Below, piece after piece: positions 9,545-17,675 of a stretch of DNA of 64,000 bases; the stretch's first letter is position 1; each line of letters starts with the position of its first letter. The stretch spans positions 124,001-188,000 of the IMG/VR virus record IMGVR_UViG_3300022745_000017. One strand, 5' to 3'. The position numbers and the translations under genes were made by a program. Under the pieces are notes generated by a model. The model was not told where the DNA came from and did no database searches. It saw nothing but the letters and a program-made list of their open reading frames with translations.

Positions 9545-10222
9545 ATGAATCAAGTCAGCAGTGAAATTGATCTAGTCACCCGACTGCGTTATCCTCTGGC
9601 ATCCATCGGCGCTAAGCGCATTGTCGCCAGTATCCCTGATAGTGAAGATCAGCTACGTGGACAAGTCGAGTTTCGTGAACTCACAGTGACGGGCCATCTT
9701 GACTGCCAGATTGATTATCACAGTCCTACAGATAAAGAAAGTCCGGTGCAGATGGGTAGAGTCCTTACAAAGAAATGGAAAGGTCTCATCTACTCTGATC
9801 AGCAAGGACGGGTGTACTGGCAGTGTGGTAGCTTGCCTGATAAGGATGGCAATGATGGCTATGTCTTTGACTATGGGAATGTCATCTTTCACAACGCATC
9901 AAGCGTCTGGGAGTTAGTGGATGGTAAACCCACTCACCTGCACTGTGAGGTGCAAGGCATTAGCTACTACATGAATGATGCTGTCTTCAAGATGCAAGCC
10001 ATGGCAGCCTTCCCTCATGTGTGGCATGACACCCCTAAGGCTTTGTGGCACTACAGCCATAACCTACCTCTCTACATCGATGAGCCTGTGCATGACTACA
10101 GTCAGTACACTTCTGAGATGAAGAGCGGTATGGACCTGGGTAAGCTCATCATCCCCGATGCAGCTAACCTGGTAGTCTCAGGAGTATTGACGCTGAGACT
10201 ACCAGGTTACGATGAGGATTGA
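9545..10222 (+). CDS. hypothetical protein, paralog family A
   Basis: SIGAKRIVA...LTV; NLPLYIDEP. Confidence 0.8.
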   Translation: MNQVSSEIDLVTRLRYPLASIGAKRIVASIPDSEDQLRGQVEFRELTVTGHLDCQIDYHSPTDKESPVQMGRVLTKKWKGLIYSDQQGRVYWQCGSLPDKDGNDGYVFDYGNVIFHNASSVWELVDGKPTHLHCEVQGISYYMNDAVFKMQAMAAFPHVWHDTPKALWHYSHNLPLYIDEPVHDYSQYTSEMKSGMDLGKLIIPDAANLVVSGVLTLRLPGYDED

Positions 10223-10870
10223 TAGGTGAGGATTAGGGTGGTTTAAGGAGGGGAGTAGGGAGATTTCATATTTCAAAAGAAAGAAGAAAGAGAGAAAAGT
10301 CTCTCCTCCTTCCTCCCTCTTCTTTCTTCTTCTTCTCTCCTCTTTCCTCTTCTTTCCCCCTTCCCCCTATCTCTCCTCTCCTTAAACCTCTCCTCTCTAT
10401 CCCCCTACCCCCAATCAACTCCTATCACCTCTCATCATCATCAATCATCTCCCTCCTACCTCCTCTCCAAAAGAGAGAAAGTAGAAAGAAAAGAAATAGA
10501 TAAACAAGAGTTTTTCACTCACACTATTAGGAGGTAGAAGTTGGTTATTAAAAAGAGGATAAGTAGGTAGTAAGTAAGACAATACAAAGAAGTGTTTAGA
10601 GCAATCTCTGATTGCTCTAAAGGAGCCCAATAACAAACGAAAAAGCTTTTATTTTCCTTTAGGTAGGAGTAGGTAGTGACTCGTAGGGTAGTAGGTATAC
10701 ATGCGTAACTACTTATCCCTACATTGTTTTTAATACTGCTTTTAAGTTAATAGAGTACACGCGCGGGCGTGTGCGCGCGTTTATAATTGATAAGGAGTGT
10801 AAAAATATAACAGATAGTACATATTAACCAAACGAGTCTTTTATATGTGTAACCTTTCCTTAGTCAAACC
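10223..10870. repeat. low-complexity polypurine/polypyrimidine non-coding island with long imperfect inverted repeat
   Basis: near-pure C/T tract ~10300-10400 flanked by A/G tracts; GGTTTAAGGAG 10240-10250 / CTCCTTAAACC 10378-10388; no credible ORF. Confidence 0.8.
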
Positions 10871-10881
10871 GGAGAATAGCT

Positions 10882-11658
10882 ATGACACACGTTAACTTGC
10901 CCTTTGAGAAGCTTTGCGCTAAGCAGCGCTTAGACCTCTATCGCAGTCTCAACATCAGCTTACAGAGCATCTGTAAGTTTGTCATCACGGACGACTTTGG
11001 TTTAACCATTGTCAACCCTGAGCCTTACTACGTCAAGATGCGTCGTCAGCTCAAAGAGCCTCACGCCTGGCAAGACATCAATCTCAACAAACACAAGGAC
11101 AACTACTCCATCATCTTGAACATGAGCATCATCCTAGCTCTCAAATACTTGGGTGTGAGCGCACCTACAGTAACCCTAGACCATGATACTTATGGCAAAG
11201 CCCAAGCGGTGGCTGTTGGGATGTTTTTGCGATACACGAAAGTCATGAGCAGTTTGTCTCTTTACAACGAGGCGATCATCAGTGGAGCCAATTGGGCGGA
11301 GGTCTATATGTTTTGTTGCCGCCCCAGTATTAGCTTCACTGCGAACAAGCCTTTAGGTGACCAACTAAAAGACCTCAATAGCTACATGGTCTATACGAAT
11401 ACAAATATGGAAAAGTTAAAGCCCGAAGACATTGGTTTGGTGGATGGTAAGGCTAAAGCGTTTTTCTATCGGTATGGCTATTGGGAGTTAAGTAGGATAT
11501 CAACTAAGTTTTTGTCGGGTGACACTGTGCGCACGAAGGTGACCCGTGAGGCACTTGATAAGCTCAATGTCAGGTTAAATGTGACGGCCGCCGAGGTCCG
11601 GACTATGCTTGAATCTGAGTACAACCAGGCAAAACAACCATCTCCCAAAAACATTTAA
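10882..11658 (+). CDS. hypothetical protein adjacent to non-coding island
   Basis: 258-aa ORF, GGAG SD. Confidence 0.8.
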   Translation: MTHVNLPFEKLCAKQRLDLYRSLNISLQSICKFVITDDFGLTIVNPEPYYVKMRRQLKEPHAWQDINLNKHKDNYSIILNMSIILALKYLGVSAPTVTLDHDTYGKAQAVAVGMFLRYTKVMSSLSLYNEAIISGANWAEVYMFCCRPSISFTANKPLGDQLKDLNSYMVYTNTNMEKLKPEDIGLVDGKAKAFFYRYGYWELSRISTKFLSGDTVRTKVTREALDKLNVRLNVTAAEVRTMLESEYNQAKQPSPKNI

Positions 11659-11717
11659 CCACATATCCCCTACCTGGAGTCAAGTGACTCCAGTCGCCCC
11701 CCAATCAAGGAACCCCT

Positions 11718-12392
11718 ATGGAAAACACGGTCAAGAAATCTGAGACTACCAACTACAACGTCGGTGACAAGATCGTCATCTGCTCAACTGCCCTTAAGCA
11801 CCCAGGTTACCATGAGCACATCCGTGATCTCAACGATGAAGGCAAACCAGAGCTCGCTGCTTTTGCAGCCTATGACTATTGTCAAGCCACCATCACCAAG
11901 ATCACCCATAGTGAGAACGAAGGCCATACCCACCTCCAAGTAGAGGCTGTCATCCTCGAAGACAACCTCGTTTTCATCCAAGAGTCCTTTAGCCATAAGC
12001 CTACCATGGGTGGACAAGCCCGCTGGCGTCTACAGACAACCGAAGGTGTGGACTACACCAAAGGCGAAGATGGCGTGGTCACCCCTTGTGGGCGCTTTCA
12101 AGACTTTACGCCAGTTGAGTTTGCACTGCGTCACTGGTGGCGCGATGTGAGCTTCATGGACTGGGGCCCAGCCCTCATGGTGGCATGGGGTCAGATGTGT
12201 GTGCAAAACTGGCCGGACTTGTTTACGCTGTGTGAGCAAATCGCTGACCCTGAGGTCTTGCAAATCCCTGAGATGCTCGACCAAGAAGAAACCCATCACT
12301 ACGAACTCACAGGGCCACAGTACCATAACCAGCAATGTGTGGCTTGTCAGCTCACAGCGCACTTTCAAGCCGACAAAGCGTTTGTAGTTTAA
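11718..12392 (+). CDS. hypothetical protein
   Basis: AAGGA SD, CACATATC-N7-TG promoter motif at 11660. Confidence 0.8.
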   Translation: MENTVKKSETTNYNVGDKIVICSTALKHPGYHEHIRDLNDEGKPELAAFAAYDYCQATITKITHSENEGHTHLQVEAVILEDNLVFIQESFSHKPTMGGQARWRLQTTEGVDYTKGEDGVVTPCGRFQDFTPVEFALRHWWRDVSFMDWGPALMVAWGQMCVQNWPDLFTLCEQIADPEVLQIPEMLDQEETHHYELTGPQYHNQQCVACQLTAHFQADKAFVV

Positions 12393-12401
12393 GGATTAGC
12401 C

Positions 12402-12890
12402 ATGAAGACGTTTCTCAGTGCCAGAACGCGCTTAGCCCTATTTAACCCAGAAGGCCAAGTCCTACTGATGGTCAGGGGTTCAAAGCACCTAGGCATTCTC
12501 TTGCCTCCGGGTGGTGGAGTTGATGCATCAGAAGACTTCGATGCCTCGATGCAACGAGAAGTCCAAGAAGAAATACAGCTTCCGGACGACGCAGTTATCT
12601 AGGACTACGAAGTCAAGTACAGCCACCGCTTACCTCAGCACATCGGTGCGTTTGAGAAGCACTACTTCCACACACAGCACCCGAACATCATCACCTTTGC
12701 AAAGTGGTATGTCGCCAGGACTAAACAGCCCGAACAAGTCACTCTCAGAGAACCAGAGAAGTTTTGCTTACACGCTTGGTTCCACCCGCACCAAATCCAC
12801 CCCTTTGCCATAAAACACGGCTTTGACATCGGAGACGGTGTTGAGCAAATCGCCAAAGCGTATGACTACCTGCTGAGCCTGGAGATTTAA
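12402..12890 (+). pseudogene. Nudix hydrolase interrupted by in-frame TAG (12600-12602)
   Basis: Nudix box PGGGVDASEDFDASMQREVQEE; frame continues 95 codons after TAG with REPEKF..HAWF motif to TAA 12890. Confidence 0.75.
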
Positions 12891-12901
12891 ACCAGATTCT
12901 T

Positions 12902-12979
12902 TCAGTCACATATATCCGGAGATGAATCGGCGATGATGCTGACTGGTTCATCTCTTTAACTGCATCAAAAGGAGTTACT
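12902..12979 (+). promoter_or_regulatory. promoter motif + pseudoknot leader copy 4
   Basis: TCAGTCACATATA; stem 12919-12930/12943-12954; TGATGC 12934-12939 pairs GCATCA 12962-12967; SD GGAG 12971. Confidence 0.8.
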
Positions 12980-13438
12980 GTGGTTGACCTCGGTGATAAT
13001 AGCAGCTTCGGGCTGCCTCGTGTCCTGACTTGTGTCACACAGGTCATGCAAGCGCTTGGTTTTGAATACCGCCTGCGTGGCACCCCCAGGGTGCGGATCG
13101 TCATGGAAATAGGTAAAAGTGGGGTCTTGGCTGGTTACAGCCATAAGGACAACACGATATACCTTACCTTAGGGGCCCCAACAGCCGCTATGTGGCATGA
13201 AGCCGTGCACGCGGGGCAACCTGATGCCGAGCATGTGGACTACTACACCTCTCTGGGCGTCATAGACCAAGAGCTCTATTCGACATCCCGAACCGAGCAG
13301 GAAGCGCGCGCTGTGACTGCTGTGTACTACCTAGCCCGCAAGCTAGGTAGTCTGGACGAGGCAATTGCGAAAGCGGTAGCTTGCCAGAAGAAGACTAGCT
13401 TGGGCAACTTAGAGCAAGCCATATCAGCTTGTATCTGA
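12980..13438 (+). CDS. putative zincin-like (HExxH) metallopeptidase
   Basis: MWHEAVHAGQ plus downstream TEQEARA. Confidence 0.65.
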   Translation: MVDLGDNSSFGLPRVLTCVTQVMQALGFEYRLRGTPRVRIVMEIGKSGVLAGYSHKDNTIYLTLGAPTAAMWHEAVHAGQPDAEHVDYYTSLGVIDQELYSTSRTEQEARAVTAVYYLARKLGSLDEAIAKAVACQKKTSLGNLEQAISACI

Positions 13439-13443
13439 GCGAG

Positions 13444-13498
13444 ATAGTCGAGAGGTGTGCTGTACAGCACACCTCTCGACTATAATCTATTTTTCTTT
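13444..13498 (+). terminator. 40-bp perfect palindrome + T-tract
   Basis: ATAGTCGAGAGGTGTGCTGT|ACAGCACACCTCTCGACTAT. Confidence 0.75.
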
Positions 13499-13571
13499 GG
13501 TAACATATACCAGCAGTGAGTCTAAATGATGCTAAGGCTCACTATCACTAACTGCATCTAGGAGATGGATT
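13499..13571 (+). promoter_or_regulatory. promoter motif + pseudoknot leader copy 5
   Basis: GGTAACATATA; stem 13515-13523/13535-13543; GATGC 13528-13532 pairs GCATC 13554-13558; SD GGAG 13561. Confidence 0.75.
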
Positions 13572-14000
13572 ATGACCTATTTGGCATTTGTGTTATCAGA
13601 CAAGACACGTTCTCGACTGATGGCTAAGCATGGAGTCGTGGAAGACCCGGCGACAAAGGTCTACGTGCACCACGTCACAATTGACTTGACGTGGGGTGCT
13701 ACGACTGCGCATGAGTCTCGTGCGGCATACTTAAACCGTATGCAGGAGACAGAAGGCCTCCGGGTGTATGCATCCGAAAACAAGGTCAGTGCACCTAATG
13801 GAGAGACGGTCTTTGCCAAGATCGTTTTCGAAGGTGTGGACACTCTGCGCTCCACCGCAGGCCCACTCCACATCACCCTCTGGGTACTCAAACCCCTGCC
13901 TGCAAAAACAGGTAGACTCATCGCTGAAGAAGCGCTGAGTAAGTTCGATGGTCAATGGGACCCAATCCCGCTGACCGGATCTTTTCAAGTGTTAAACTAA
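13572..14000 (+). CDS. 2H phosphoesterase / cyclic phosphodiesterase
   Basis: two HxT motifs (HHVTI, LHITL) about 65 aa apart. Confidence 0.7.
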   Translation: MTYLAFVLSDKTRSRLMAKHGVVEDPATKVYVHHVTIDLTWGATTAHESRAAYLNRMQETEGLRVYASENKVSAPNGETVFAKIVFEGVDTLRSTAGPLHITLWVLKPLPAKTGRLIAEEALSKFDGQWDPIPLTGSFQVLN

Positions 14001-14011
14001 AGGAGACAATC

Positions 14012-14347
14012 GTGGAATTTAATGATATCAAGGTAGTGACTGAGCAAGCCACTGTATACTTCAGCGTGGTGGATGACCGCGTAGTAGCCGGAATTACCTT
14101 TGATGGCAAGCCGGCTTTCCCCATGTCAGCTACAAAGGCTGTGCTGGCAGAGATCAGGGATAGACTTGAGGAGGCATGCTCAGATGGTTCTTATGGTCCC
14201 TTCGCTAGTTCCTTCGAGGATGTTTGGAAGGTATTTCCAGGCACTCATTATACAGCGCGTCTGAAGACAGCGATCGGCCTGGATTACGCTGGCTGGAGCG
14301 CTTGTGTGGAAGGCATGAGCAATGTATTCATGTTCAGGTTCGGTTGA
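14012..14347 (+). CDS. hypothetical protein (family C)
   Basis: AAGGAG SD + GTG; G..GP...FEDVW motif shared with 15277 ORF. Confidence 0.7.
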   Translation: MEFNDIKVVTEQATVYFSVVDDRVVAGITFDGKPAFPMSATKAVLAEIRDRLEEACSDGSYGPFASSFEDVWKVFPGTHYTARLKTAIGLDYAGWSACVEGMSNVFMFRFG

Positions 14348-14414
14348 GCTGACGTGAGGGAAATAAGAGGGCATACACCAGTCCTCTTATTTTTCTTTTA
14401 GAATGTAGTTTATT

Positions 14415-14492
14415 TCAGTCACATATAGCGACAATGAGATTGCAATAGTGCTAGTGATCTCATATACCAACTGCACTTTAGGAGTAATGAAA
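14415..14492 (+). promoter_or_regulatory. promoter motif + pseudoknot leader copy 6
   Basis: TCAGTCACATATA; stem 14434-14443/14454-14463; AGTGC 14447-14451 pairs GCACT 14473-14477; SD GGAG 14481. Confidence 0.8.
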
Positions 14493-15109
14493 ATGGAATT
14501 CGAATACATGGAGTTTGAGGAGACTGTGTCAAATACCCATATGGTGGCCCAGATGATGGGCTATCTCGGCTATGAGGTCGAAAGGGGTATCGATATGCCG
14601 ATCATCCGAGTGACTGACGAGTATGTCGGACACGCTGCCGATTGGCGACTGGTGAACGGCAGGATAAGCGCCATCACAATGTATGCTGGGCGCTGCGAGA
14701 GCTCATTGTGGCACGAGCTATGCCACCACCACCAACCGATTCTCCGGCAAGGTGTAGACCCATCATACTACCGTGAAGACGGCAGTATGGATGAGGCCGC
14801 ATATGCCGCCGACCCAGTAGAGTGCCAGGCTCGCGCCGTTGGCATGCTGGCAGTAGCTGCTAAGATACATGGGGAGCGGCGCGCTGTCGACATGGCCCTG
14901 ATAACCAGGGCTGTCCTCGGAGCCGACCCACTCCATCATGAGTTGTTCATAGCCACGCTCACCGGCTTGAAAGCTCTCTCTCTCTGTATCATGCGGAGAA
15001 GTTAGCTGTGGAGCGCCTTGATAGAGGCGATGATGTGGGTAGTTTATGCGAGGCTATCACGGCAGCCGATGAAAAAAGAGCCAAAGCACGTCGAGCAGGA
15101 CAATCCTAA
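14493..15109 (+). CDS. HExxH metallopeptidase-like paralog, frameshifted at (CT)6
   Basis: LWHELCHHHQP, VECQARAV; as written stops at 15005, removing one CT extends it to TAA 15109 with a tail matching the 12980 paralog. Confidence 0.6.
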
Positions 15110-15199
15110 GAAAGCATAAACCAAACCCAACTAACCTACCTGTAAAACGGTAGGTTAGTTGGGCTGAGTAATGTGTTTTCTTTTGTATCCTATTTTTCT

Positions 15200-15276
15200 T
15201 CAGTCACATATATCGTTGGTGACTTGGCAATGGTGCTAGTCAAGGCATATCTTTAATTGCACTTAGGAGATTGATT
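15200..15276 (+). promoter_or_regulatory. promoter motif + pseudoknot leader copy 7
   Basis: TCAGTCACATATA; stem 15220-15228/15239-15247; GGTGC 15232-15236 pairs GCACT 15259-15263; SD GGAG 15266. Confidence 0.75.
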
Positions 15277-15654
15277 ATGACACACCACGCAGCAGTATAT
15301 GAGATCACCGGATTCTTTGATGGTCAGCTGGACGGTGTAGTGGATTTTGCAGGGCTCACAGCCCTGCAAAATCCAGCACTGTTAGCAGCCGGCTTGAAAG
15401 CCGGCACAGCGGCTTGTGGCCGCACAGAGAAGGCCCTGTGGGCCATCGCCCTCAAGGAGGGTAGACTGTACCTCACCGTGGCGGGTGAGGTCGCCCAGCT
15501 AACCAAGGAGACGTGGCCTCCGGTTATCTGGGCGGTTAGTGAGCATCTGGCTCCGATCCCGCCGGAAGGCGTGGTTGGGCCGGATGTCTTTGAAGATATC
15601 TGGCACCGCATCGGTGCTCCAGTTATCGAAGGAGGGCAACATGTTCTCCATTGA
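15277..15654 (+). CDS. hypothetical early protein (family C)
   Basis: SD + ATG 15277; GVVGPDVFEDIW. Confidence 0.75.
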   Translation: MTHHAAVYEITGFFDGQLDGVVDFAGLTALQNPALLAAGLKAGTAACGRTEKALWAIALKEGRLYLTVAGEVAQLTKETWPPVIWAVSEHLAPIPPEGVVGPDVFEDIWHRIGAPVIEGGQHVLH

Positions 15655-16072
15655 TAACTGGACAGCAGAGCAGCTAAAGGATGCTGCTCTGCTGAAGGCG
15701 GGAGTGTTGTGGGAAGGCTTCTGCAAAGAGCCTCCCACAATACCGACCACCTGGCGACACGGTTGGGAGATCAAGTCAATCTTGATCCCCGGCCAGCAAG
15801 ACCCGGCCGGTGCTGAGAAGTACAGACTGGTCATAAAGCCCAAGTCTGCTGAGAACAGGCAGATTTGGCAACAAGGCCAGGTGGACTTCTTTGCTAAGCG
15901 GGGCTTCACGCCAGCGCAAGCAAAGCACCTGGCCACTAGCCGGTGGCCCTGTAAGCACGAGCTGGCTGAGGCCACTGTCAAGTACCTGCGCACCGGCAGG
16001 ATCAGCTCTTGCCTGAACCAGCGAAAAGCAGAGCTGGTCAAGCGGCTCTGTAAGGAGCTCGCTGTTTTATAA
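15641..16072 (+). CDS. hypothetical protein
   Basis: GGAGG SD before ATG 15641. Confidence 0.75.
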   Translation: MFSIDNWTAEQLKDAALLKAGVLWEGFCKEPPTIPTTWRHGWEIKSILIPGQQDPAGAEKYRLVIKPKSAENRQIWQQGQVDFFAKRGFTPAQAKHLATSRWPCKHELAEATVKYLRTGRISSCLNQRKAELVKRLCKELAVL

Positions 16073-16176
16073 ACCCACCGGTTAATCCCGGTGGGAGAAA
16101 AGACCTCAGGGCCTTTTCTTTTTTTTGTATTCGTTTACAATCACTTATTATCTATTTGAGTTCAATAGGAGAAATC

Positions 16177-17190
16177 ATGAGTAAGCAAAAACCTTTCGAT
16201 GTCCGCATCATGCGTGGACTAATCATGTCCGAAGTCACTTTCGAGAAATCCACTAGGCATTGGGCCAGCTTTGATCAGCTGATCTTCAAATCAACCTGTG
16301 GTCGCACTTTCCGCTTGGGCACAGACGATTGCTCTGCACCCGAGCTCATCGACATCGTCGGTGATTTACAAGACTTGGTTGGGCATCCTCTTTTGCAAGC
16401 GGAGTCAGTGCAGTCTAAAGCAAAGCTGTCTAACCGCTACAAGTTCTCTCGTAAGAAGGCAGATACGCACACCAAGAGCATGTGGACTTACTATAAGTTT
16501 GCTACCATCAAAGGCCATGTGCATTTGCGCTGGTTAGGTGAGTCTGATTACTATTCGGTCGAGGTAGACTTTGTCGAACTCGTTGGCCTACAAGCAGCGC
16601 ATGACCACGAGGAAGTGGCTCACCTGCGGGCAAAGCTAGAGCAAAAACAAGCCGAAGAGAAGCCAGGTAAACCCATCTTGTCCATGTGCGAGAAGCTGGC
16701 CTTTTTCGGTTACTCAGAGCTAAACGCCTGTCTAACTGTAGCCCCTGGCTCCAGCTGTATGGTGGTCAACGACAAGTCCGGCAGCACTTACACCGGGGGT
16801 GGTGACTACTTTCACACTGCGGTCGTTATGGCTTTGATAGAGTACGGGTTTGCAGACCAGATATCCTCACTGAGCAAACCCTGCGCACTCAGTGAGTTGC
16901 TGCGCGATCACGTCATGCCACTACAAACCTTAGGCATCTCCCAAGTGCAATTGGAGATTAACCCACACCTCAACCCCAACCACATACTCACACTACCCGA
17001 GTACCTAGCCACCATTGACCCACCTATCACCGAGCAAGAATCATCTGACATCCAAGATGACAACTGTTTGTTCAAATTCACTCTACAATCTGTTTGGAAA
17101 GAACATCATGGAAAATCATTCTACGCAAGGTCAGCCCAGCTCGTCAGCCATAAAGCTGCCGACTACATTAGAGCAAGCACTAGCCATTAA
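16177..17190 (+). CDS. two-domain phage protein; N-domain of the widespread WT.YK.ATIKG.V..RW.GES..YYS type
   Basis: motif recognition; GGAG SD; promoter variant at 16142. Confidence 0.7.
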   Translation: MSKQKPFDVRIMRGLIMSEVTFEKSTRHWASFDQLIFKSTCGRTFRLGTDDCSAPELIDIVGDLQDLVGHPLLQAESVQSKAKLSNRYKFSRKKADTHTKSMWTYYKFATIKGHVHLRWLGESDYYSVEVDFVELVGLQAAHDHEEVAHLRAKLEQKQAEEKPGKPILSMCEKLAFFGYSELNACLTVAPGSSCMVVNDKSGSTYTGGGDYFHTAVVMALIEYGFADQISSLSKPCALSELLRDHVMPLQTLGISQVQLEINPHLNPNHILTLPEYLATIDPPITEQESSDIQDDNCLFKFTLQSVWKEHHGKSFYARSAQLVSHKAADYIRASTSH

Positions 17191-17605
17191 GCACCTACGG
17201 GGTGGTGATAGTTATACCGCTATTTGTAAGAGGGCATACGAAGACATCATGGCATGGCATCTCATGCACATGAACACGTTCTACACGGCAAATAACCCAC
17301 CGCCTGATACTTGGATTTATGACATCGCTGCAAACAAAGACGATGTCATGCAAAAGCGCTACCACATCGATGTCCCACCTGACCTGCGACTGATGGCGAT
17401 ACGCGCGATTGCCAGTAGCTACCCGATTTACTTCGAGCACTTCACCCAAGAGAGCATGCTCGATGTCGATCCTGCGGCCTTGCAAAAGGTTATAGATAGC
17501 CTCCAAGAGTATGTCTATGGTAGCAATGACATCAACACGCTATGCAGCGCGATCTCTGTGCTAGAGACAACCATCGCTCAGATCTGCAGCCGGGCAAGTA
17601 AATAA
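17108..17605 (+). CDS. hypothetical protein
   Basis: ORF, AAGAA before ATG 17108; start uncertain. Confidence 0.65.
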   Translation: MENHSTQGQPSSSAIKLPTTLEQALAIKHLRGGDSYTAICKRAYEDIMAWHLMHMNTFYTANNPPPDTWIYDIAANKDDVMQKRYHIDVPPDLRLMAIRAIASSYPIYFEHFTQESMLDVDPAALQKVIDSLQEYVYGSNDINTLCSAISVLETTIAQICSRASK

Positions 17606-17675
17606 GCAAACCAGCTCAACATCTTTTAGAGCCACTCTAACCAGGGTGGCTACATTTTTCTTTTAGGAGTTGCTC

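Noticed and set aside
10445-10636. 63-aa minus-strand ORF in the low-complexity island
   Set aside because: Composition simply reflects the purine tracts; TTG start without SD
12919-12975. Pseudoknot leaders as fluoride (crcB) riboswitches, because of GGCGATG..., GATGGTGTT/ACACC and AACTGC resemblance
   Set aside because: No P2 hairpin and no conserved GCURAUG segment before the 3' pseudoknot strand; downstream genes are unrelated to fluoride. A cmscan would settle it.
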